Position numbers and translations under genes: made by a program. A stretch of 64,000 bases of DNA from Candidatus Nomurabacteria bacterium. Its GTDB lineage: Bacteria > Patescibacteriota > Minisyncoccia > Phycocordibacterales > UBA9973. The notes under the pieces were generated by a model. It was not told the DNA's origin. It saw only the letters and a list, made by a program, of their open reading frames with translations, and ran no database searches. The DNA lies in the NCBI GenBank assembly GCA_026396065.1, contig JAPLXO010000006.1, positions 1,525 through 65,524 on the forward strand, written 5' to 3'. Position 1 is the stretch's first letter, and each line of letters starts with the position of its first letter. This document shows, piece by piece, positions 57,995 to 64,000 of the stretch.

Positions 57995-58870
57995 ATGAAA
58001 AAAATATTAATTACATTTATCGTTATTGTTTCAATATTCTCTATAACTCAAAAAGCTTCGGCTGTTCTTTTCTTCTGTCCTCCTCTGATGGATTTATCTA
58101 CATCACCTCAACAAACAGAAAGAATACAGATACAAATTCAAGGTATAGCTACAACTGATAACATTCCTTTACCTATTGGAACAACTATAAACTATAGCGC
58201 CTTACCTTTAAATTTTTCCGCATGTGGGAATAGTGACAAAGGAACAAATGGATCTTTTACTATTAATAAAGCAAATGGACAATATGGTCCAACATCAATA
58301 TCAGTTCCACTTAATACACCATATCTTTCTTTGGCACTTTACTCAATCCCTAAAGATTATTTAGCGGGTAGAGTTATTCAAGGTGATTCCTCGATGCAAT
58401 TTACAATTACACCTAGTATGGCAAACACTACAATAACTCAAAATCTTGCTTTTAAAGCAAAGTTAATAGTTCCTCCACCTATTCCACCACCATTACCTCC
58501 GTTACCATCTTTCCCAGAAGAACCACTGTACCCTAAACTCGGAGAAACATTACCACCACCAATGGATGATACAGCTAAAATTGAAATATGTAGAAATGCA
58601 AATTCTCGTTTCGATAAATTTGATAATCGTTGTACTTATTGTCCAATAGATTTTGTAGTAAGTAAGACTGGAACTAATTGTATTAAGAGCACTGGAGATG
58701 AGTATCTTAAAGTAGTAGAAATTGAGACTCCAGTTAAAACAAAAACACCAGTAATTAAAAAAGAGATTAAAAATACAGAAGTCGTAGCTCCTATTGTTTC
58801 TATCGCTAATACTCCACCAATGCAAAAACTTTCTTGGTGGAGAAGGTTTATTAATTGGATAAAAAATTAA
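57995..58870 (+). CDS. hypothetical secreted Pro/Cys-containing protein
   Basis: Signal peptide (ASA), poly-Pro linker, Cys cluster, C-terminal LSWWRRFINW. Confidence 0.72.
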   Translation: MKKILITFIVIVSIFSITQKASAVLFFCPPLMDLSTSPQQTERIQIQIQGIATTDNIPLPIGTTINYSALPLNFSACGNSDKGTNGSFTINKANGQYGPTSISVPLNTPYLSLALYSIPKDYLAGRVIQGDSSMQFTITPSMANTTITQNLAFKAKLIVPPPIPPPLPPLPSFPEEPLYPKLGETLPPPMDDTAKIEICRNANSRFDKFDNRCTYCPIDFVVSKTGTNCIKSTGDEYLKVVEIETPVKTKTPVIKKEIKNTEVVAPIVSIANTPPMQKLSWWRRFINWIKN

Positions 58871-58875
58871 AATAT

Positions 58876-59457
58876 ATGGAAAATAAAAAAGAAGAAGTTA
58901 CTAAAGGAAATAGTTTTAACCTTATTGTTATTATGATAATAGTATTTATAGGTTTTGCGATTTTTTTGAATCATAACGTTAAAAATTCTGACACTAAAGA
59001 TTCAACTGAGCCAAATAAAGCTCAAGTTGAAAATAAATTAAGTATTAATACAGATGAAACAAATATTAATACAAATGAAGCACAAGTAAAACCTAATTTA
59101 GAAATTACATATGATATGTATCAGAAAATTATAGATAAAATAAAATCGAGTCCAAATCAAGAAATTATTTCAGACAAATCTTTAGAGATTAGTGGAATGT
59201 CAATTGCTCTTATGTATGCTATGTATCAAAATCATTTAATTATTACAAGTACTATTACAAATAAAGAAACAGGAGTAAAAGAACCGAGTGCTAGTTTTAT
59301 TGACGAAGATTTAGATGGTTATCCTGATTCTTGGGTAGATGAAGGTAGTAATCAAAGAAATTTATTTGATAAAAATAGTCCTGAATATAATGATATTTCT
59401 CATCGTATTTGGGCTTCTTTTTTAGCATTTTTTAATAATAACATTCTTAATAATTAA
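58876..59457 (+). CDS. hypothetical single-TM protein
   Basis: TM helix and a DEDLDGYPD Ca-loop-like motif. Confidence 0.68.
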   Translation: MENKKEEVTKGNSFNLIVIMIIVFIGFAIFLNHNVKNSDTKDSTEPNKAQVENKLSINTDETNINTNEAQVKPNLEITYDMYQKIIDKIKSSPNQEIISDKSLEISGMSIALMYAMYQNHLIITSTITNKETGVKEPSASFIDEDLDGYPDSWVDEGSNQRNLFDKNSPEYNDISHRIWASFLAFFNNNILNN

Positions 59458-59461
59458 ATTT

Positions 59462-59683
59462 ATGCCATTATTTTATTTAGCAGGTTTAGCATTGTGTATT
59501 ATTGAACTTCATTTTTTTTATGTATGGTGGAACATTGGTTTGTTTATAGGAATTTTTCTTAGCCCAATCATAGCTCCGTTTTTTCCTTTTATATATTGGT
59601 TTAAGGAAGGAACTTTTCCAGTTTTTTATTTCATTATTTGGGGAGTAGGTATTGCAACATTTATTTTTAGTAATAGAGATTAA
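59462..59683 (+). CDS. small hydrophobic membrane protein
   Basis: 73 aa, almost fully hydrophobic, in operon spacing. Confidence 0.6.
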   Translation: MPLFYLAGLALCIIELHFFYVWWNIGLFIGIFLSPIIAPFFPFIYWFKEGTFPVFYFIIWGVGIATFIFSNRD

Positions 59684-59688
59684 AAATA

Positions 59689-59910
59689 ATGAAAGAAACA
59701 TCATGCGATACACCATTCACTCAAGAAGAAATGGATAATATAATTGCATTAGGTGAAGTCTTACGTAGTATTAATAATCGGTTACTTAAGGAAGGTGTAA
59801 TTAGAAGAGAAAATTGTAAGACAGTTTGGCCGGAAAAGGCTTTGGAAGAACTTAAAACAAAGAAACGAGATGATCTCACTAAAAGAATTCAAAAAAGCAC
59901 TTCCTGCTGA
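59689..59910 (+). CDS. hypothetical small protein
   Basis: 73 aa, LGEVLRSI..RL..EG. Confidence 0.55.
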   Translation: MKETSCDTPFTQEEMDNIIALGEVLRSINNRLLKEGVIRRENCKTVWPEKALEELKTKKRDDLTKRIQKSTSC

Positions 59911-60019
59911 CTGTAATTTAACAGAAGAGGAAATATTGAAACTAAGAGAAAATCAAGATAAACACGCTGAGATTTTCTTTAACATGTGGCTTGAAGATAG
60001 AAAGAAAGGAAATATCTAA
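59870..60019 (+). CDS. 49-aa hypothetical protein (not in ORF track)
   Basis: MISLKEFKKALPADCNLTEEEILKLRENQDKHAEIFFNMWLEDRKKGNI. Confidence 0.5.
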   Translation: MISLKEFKKALPADCNLTEEEILKLRENQDKHAEIFFNMWLEDRKKGNI

Positions 60020-60088
60020 CTCGTCAAGTATCATTGTATTTCTAAGGTAAAAAAGATATACTTTGTAATGTATATTTACGATAAATAA

Positions 60089-62035
60089 ATGAAAGACAAC
60101 TCACCTAAAATACAAAAAGTCTCAATGGTTTCAGAGAATATAGAGAACGAAAACTTACAGAAATTGCGAGAAGTTTTTCCTAATTTTGTGAAAGATGGAG
60201 TTATTGATTTTGATGCCTTACAATCTTTTCTTAAAAAAGACGGGGTCCTTGCAGAGGGTGAAAAATATGGTTTATCTTGGGCAGGGAAAAGTGATGCTTT
60301 TAAGGCCATTAGAACTCCAGCTACTGGCACATTAACTCCACAGGAAGACGAATCTAAGAACTGGGACAAAACAGGAAATATTTTTATCGAAGGCGATAAT
60401 TTAGAAGTATTAAAACTTCTTCAGAAGAATTATCGAGGTAAGATAAAAATGTGCTATATCGACCCCCCATACAACACTGGAAAAGATTTTGTTTATAAAG
60501 ATAACTTCACAAAAGGTGTATCAGACTACTATGAACAAACAGGACAGACTAAAGATGGAATAAAACTTACTACAAATTTTGAATCAAATGGAAGATATCA
60601 TAGTGACTGGCTTACGATGATGTACCCTAGACTTTTTCTTGCTAGAAATTTACTAAAAGAAGATGGTGTTATTTTTATTTCAATTGATGATCACGAAGTT
60701 GCAAATCTTCGTTTAATTATGGATGAGATTTTTGGTGAAGAGAACTTTATTGGAACAATTACTTGGGAAAAAAGAACGAAAGCTCAAAATACAGAAACAT
60801 CTAAAGAGCAGTTTCAGTCAAAGACAGAGTATATTATTGTATATAAAAAATCTGTTGAAAAAATTAAGTTCAATTTAGAAGTATCTGGTGAAAAAAGTTA
60901 TGACTTAAAAGATAAAAATGGAATATACAGACTAAAAGTTGTTGAAGAAATGTCTGCATTTGGAATGAGGAGTAGACAAACTATGATTTATCCAATTATG
61001 GGAATTATGCCAAAGACTGGTAATCAATGGAAAGTTGGAAAGGACTCCGTGAAGATATTTGAAGAACGTGGAGATATTGAAATTATTGAAGGTAAACCAT
61101 ATTTTAGAATGCGACCTAGCGACGAAGATGTTGAAAAATTTATTCCATTTTGGTCCCATTTTTTTGATAAAAATACTTATGGAACAGCAGAAACAGGAAA
61201 AGCAGAACTTGGAGATTTATTAGAAAAGAATAACCATGGATTTGAAACAGTTAAACCACTAAACCTTATTTTAAAACTTATTTCACATACTACGGACGTT
61301 GACGACATTGTTCTAGATTTTTTCGCTGGGTCTGGAACAACTGCACATGCTGTTATGGAACAGAATGTTAAAGATACTGGTAATAGAAAATTTATTTGTG
61401 TACAAATACCAGAAGTTCTTAATCCAGATAAAAAAGAAGATAAAGAAATGTATAACTTTTTACAATTAATAAATAGACCTACAAATATTGCAGAATTTTG
61501 CAAAGAACGCATTCTACGTGCAGGAAGGAACATAGAAGATAAAATAGATAGCGAAATGAGTAATCGTCAAATGACTGTGAATTCTGGGATGGCTGATGGA
61601 GACGAGCTTGAAATAAAAAAGGTACCTGATATTGGATTTAAAGCATTCTCTCTTTCTTCTTCTAATTACCGTAAATGGAATACTTTGACGGTAGAAGACG
61701 ATGAAAAAGCATTGTTGCAGCAAGCTAAGCTATTTACTGAAAAACCTTTGGTTGATAAATATGATAAGCAATCTGTCATTTATGAGATTCTTCTTAAAGA
61801 AGGATTTGATCTAAACGCTACAGTAATTGAAGAGATAAAGAAAAAAGAAATACCGCTTTATATAGTTACTGATTCTGAAAAGAAAATGGTTATTACTTTT
61901 GTTGATAAATTGACCAAAGAGCAGTTTGACTCATTAGAGATACAAAAAGACTATACTTTTGTTTGTTTTGATAGTGCACTAGACGACACAATAAAGGTAA
62001 ATATTATGAGAAATTTAACTGTAAAGACTATATAA
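60089..62035 (+). CDS. mod: type III restriction-modification methyltransferase (Mod)
   Basis: YGLSW.GK, IEGDNLEVLK, YIDPPYNTG, HSDWL.MMYPRL, DFFAGSGTT. Confidence 0.92.
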   Translation: MKDNSPKIQKVSMVSENIENENLQKLREVFPNFVKDGVIDFDALQSFLKKDGVLAEGEKYGLSWAGKSDAFKAIRTPATGTLTPQEDESKNWDKTGNIFIEGDNLEVLKLLQKNYRGKIKMCYIDPPYNTGKDFVYKDNFTKGVSDYYEQTGQTKDGIKLTTNFESNGRYHSDWLTMMYPRLFLARNLLKEDGVIFISIDDHEVANLRLIMDEIFGEENFIGTITWEKRTKAQNTETSKEQFQSKTEYIIVYKKSVEKIKFNLEVSGEKSYDLKDKNGIYRLKVVEEMSAFGMRSRQTMIYPIMGIMPKTGNQWKVGKDSVKIFEERGDIEIIEGKPYFRMRPSDEDVEKFIPFWSHFFDKNTYGTAETGKAELGDLLEKNNHGFETVKPLNLILKLISHTTDVDDIVLDFFAGSGTTAHAVMEQNVKDTGNRKFICVQIPEVLNPDKKEDKEMYNFLQLINRPTNIAEFCKERILRAGRNIEDKIDSEMSNRQMTVNSGMADGDELEIKKVPDIGFKAFSLSSSNYRKWNTLTVEDDEKALLQQAKLFTEKPLVDKYDKQSVIYEILLKEGFDLNATVIEEIKKKEIPLYIVTDSEKKMVITFVDKLTKEQFDSLEIQKDYTFVCFDSALDDTIKVNIMRNLTVKTI

Positions 62036-62039
62036 GGAC

Positions 62040-63191
62040 ATGATAAAAAATAAAAAAAATACAGAAGTATCAGATAAGTATCTTTTATACACACATACAA
62101 AAAAAATAAAAGAGAGTGATCGAGATGAAGAAAAAAAAGAAATAGATATTTTTTTGAAAGACAAATTTCAAAAATCCTTACAATCAGAAAATATTTTAAT
62201 TCTTACTGGTGCAGGTACTTCAATTGGTTTTGGTGGTAAAAGTATGCATGAATTGTGGAATAGTATAGAAAAAAATGTATCAGATTTTGCTAATATATTA
62301 AAGTCAGTAAAATACTCTGAAATTGAAAAAGAAAAGAAAAATCTTGAAAATTTATTGTCTATATTACAAATTAAAAAATTAAATATGGAAAATACATCTG
62401 GTCAAGCAAATCAAACTTCTCAATATATAGAATTGATAACAAGTAAAATATTAGAAGAGTGTAATTTTCAATATCCTTCTACTGGAACTCCCCACGAATA
62501 TTTTATAAAAAAATTATTAAAAGCACGCAAAAACTCTGATAAAAGAGTAAAAATATTTACTTTAAATTATGATACTTTGTTTGAAGAAGCTGCAGACAGA
62601 ACAGATGCTGTTCTTATTGATGGTTTTTCGTTCTCGCAAAAAAGAATTTTTAACTCTAATAATTTTAATTTAGACATAGTTCACCGAGAAAAAAGTCGTA
62701 TTCATAATGAAGAAAGTTTTTATAATAAAGTAATTCATTTATATAAAATTCATGGATCAATCAATTGGGACGACGTTGATAGTCATATATTAAAGAATGA
62801 ACATCCTAAAAAACCTGTTTTAATTTACCCCAACTCTTCAAAATACGAAAAAAGTTACGAGATGCCTTTCTTTGAAATGATGTCTCGTTTCCAAAGTTGT
62901 TTACGTGGAGAAAATTCTACATTATTAATTATAGGTTACAGTTTTAACGATGATCATATAAACAGAGTTTTAAAAGAAGCTATAAAAAATAATATCAATT
63001 TGGAAGTTTTTGTTATCAAACCTAATATTAATCGAACAACTCAAGATAGTCTAATTAATACTTTTTACAATGCTATTGATCAAGGTGTAACTGACTTACA
63101 TTTAATTTCTAGTACTTTTAATGATTTTGTTATTAAAATCCCAGAAGTAATTTTTGAAAATGATATATCTAACAGAGAGAAAATTATATGA
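62040..63191 (+). CDS. SIR2-like NADase domain protein
   Basis: LTGAGTS, FTLNYD, YKIHGSINW, IGYSFNDDHIN. Confidence 0.9.
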   Translation: MIKNKKNTEVSDKYLLYTHTKKIKESDRDEEKKEIDIFLKDKFQKSLQSENILILTGAGTSIGFGGKSMHELWNSIEKNVSDFANILKSVKYSEIEKEKKNLENLLSILQIKKLNMENTSGQANQTSQYIELITSKILEECNFQYPSTGTPHEYFIKKLLKARKNSDKRVKIFTLNYDTLFEEAADRTDAVLIDGFSFSQKRIFNSNNFNLDIVHREKSRIHNEESFYNKVIHLYKIHGSINWDDVDSHILKNEHPKKPVLIYPNSSKYEKSYEMPFFEMMSRFQSCLRGENSTLLIIGYSFNDDHINRVLKEAIKNNINLEVFVIKPNINRTTQDSLINTFYNAIDQGVTDLHLISSTFNDFVIKIPEVIFENDISNREKII

Positions 63192-64000
63192 AACAATTTA
63201 GTCCGTTTGATAAAAATAAATTTATTGGTTATGTATCTAAAGTTACACCAGAACTTACAAAAATTCACTTTCCAAACTCTAAACTTTTAAAAAAGTTTTA
63301 TTACGATGGAGATGTTTTACACAGTGGTATAGTAAGAAGCTATGTTGTAATAGAGGGAGAAGGTTATGGTTTTTTAGGAAAAGTTATTTCTATTGAATTA
63401 CCAGAAAAAGAAAGAATGTTTTTAAGTGAAGCGTCTTTTCAAAATACTGATCTTCATCCAGTAGGGACTATTGAGATACAACTTTCTTTTAAAATTTTTG
63501 AAAAATTGAAAGCTCAAAAAGGACTTGATCAATATCCCCCAGTTGGAGCGAAAGTCTATGCTTGCTCACTAGATTTTTTAAAAAACTTTTTAGAAGATTT
63601 TGGTAAAGAAGATGATGAAATTGATGATCTAATAGAAATTGCTTCTTTACCACAAGATGAAAGCACAAATATAAAAATATCAGCTAACTCTTTATTTAGT
63701 AGGCACTGTGCTATTGTTGGAACTACTGGAGGTGGAAAAAGTTATACTGTAGCCAAAACAATAGAGGAACTTTTAAAAAAGAAAAAAATTATAAAAATGG
63801 TTCTCATAGATTCTACTGGTGAATTTAGTGAATTAGATCAAATTAATAGTTTTTATTTTGGTAAAAATGGATCTATATATCTCGATTATATTAATCTCAC
63901 AGAGTCAGATCTATTCGCTCTTTTTAGACCATCTGGACAAACTCAAGTTCCAGTTCTTCAAAAGGCAATAAAAAGTTTAAAACTCGCCCGAGCATTAGAA
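63188..64000 (+). CDS. herA: HerA-family ATPase (partial, runs off the window; not in ORF track)
   Basis: ATGA overlap with sir2; MKQFSPFDKNKFIGYV.. HAS-barrel-like N-terminus, P.VG, RHCAIVGTTGGGKS, IDSTGEF. Confidence 0.88.
   Translation, partial: MKQFSPFDKNKFIGYVSKVTPELTKIHFPNSKLLKKFYYDGDVLHSGIVRSYVVIEGEGYGFLGKVISIELPEKERMFLSEASFQNTDLHPVGTIEIQLSFKIFEKLKAQKGLDQYPPVGAKVYACSLDFLKNFLEDFGKEDDEIDDLIEIASLPQDESTNIKISANSLFSRHCAIVGTTGGGKSYTVAKTIEELLKKKKIIKMVLIDSTGEFSELDQINSFYFGKNGSIYLDYINLTESDLFALFRPSGQTQVPVLQKAIKSLKLARALE

Larger units (their letters stand above)
48980..64000. mobile_element. integrated element at tRNA-Asn (right end outside the window)
   Basis: Serine recombinase abutting the tRNA, prim-pol/helicase, ArdC-N, defence cargo; no housekeeping genes. 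Confidence 0.85.

Noticed and set aside
1-64000. CRISPR array, rRNA or recoded stop codons
   Set aside because: No regularly spaced repeats and no rRNA-like stretch; conserved genes translate fully with code 11 and TGA is used as a stop (sir2)
48992-64000. Second att copy (tRNA-Asn 3' repeat)
   Set aside because: Not found in the window; the element boundary is probably further right

Overview
AT-rich bacterial chromosome window with the hallmarks of a Patescibacteria/CPR (Parcubacteria-like) genome: N-terminally short IF-2, tandem VirB2-like pilins, almost no Shine-Dalgarno sites, and many leaderless promoters. The taxon is inferred, not proven. Positions 1-48.9 kb are mostly housekeeping genes (parB, murA, miaA, rpmG, alr, clpB, iscS, infB, rbfA, gyrA, rpsA, pth, lepB, hisS, def, fmt, hpf, coaD) plus 8 tRNAs, a pilin cluster, an ApbE/FMN flavinylation module and a CsoR-CopA copper operon. 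From tRNA-Asn (48920) to the window end lies an integrated element. It carries a large serine recombinase overlapping the tRNA, a primase-polymerase/helicase, ArdC-N and SymE-like genes, secreted cargo, and a type III Mod + Sir2 + HerA defence locus. The least explained signals are non-coding: (1) five accessory genes share the leader sigma70 promoter - 12-14 nt - boxA-like GTNYYTTG(AAA) - long hairpin; (2) a covarying two-hairpin repeat sits next to three tRNA genes, along with fold-back or duplicated tRNA fragments; (3) two pseudoknot/switch-type RNA leaders lie inside the integrated element; (4) palindromic repeats are inserted inside open reading frames. All family calls come from motif recognition by eye; no searches were run.
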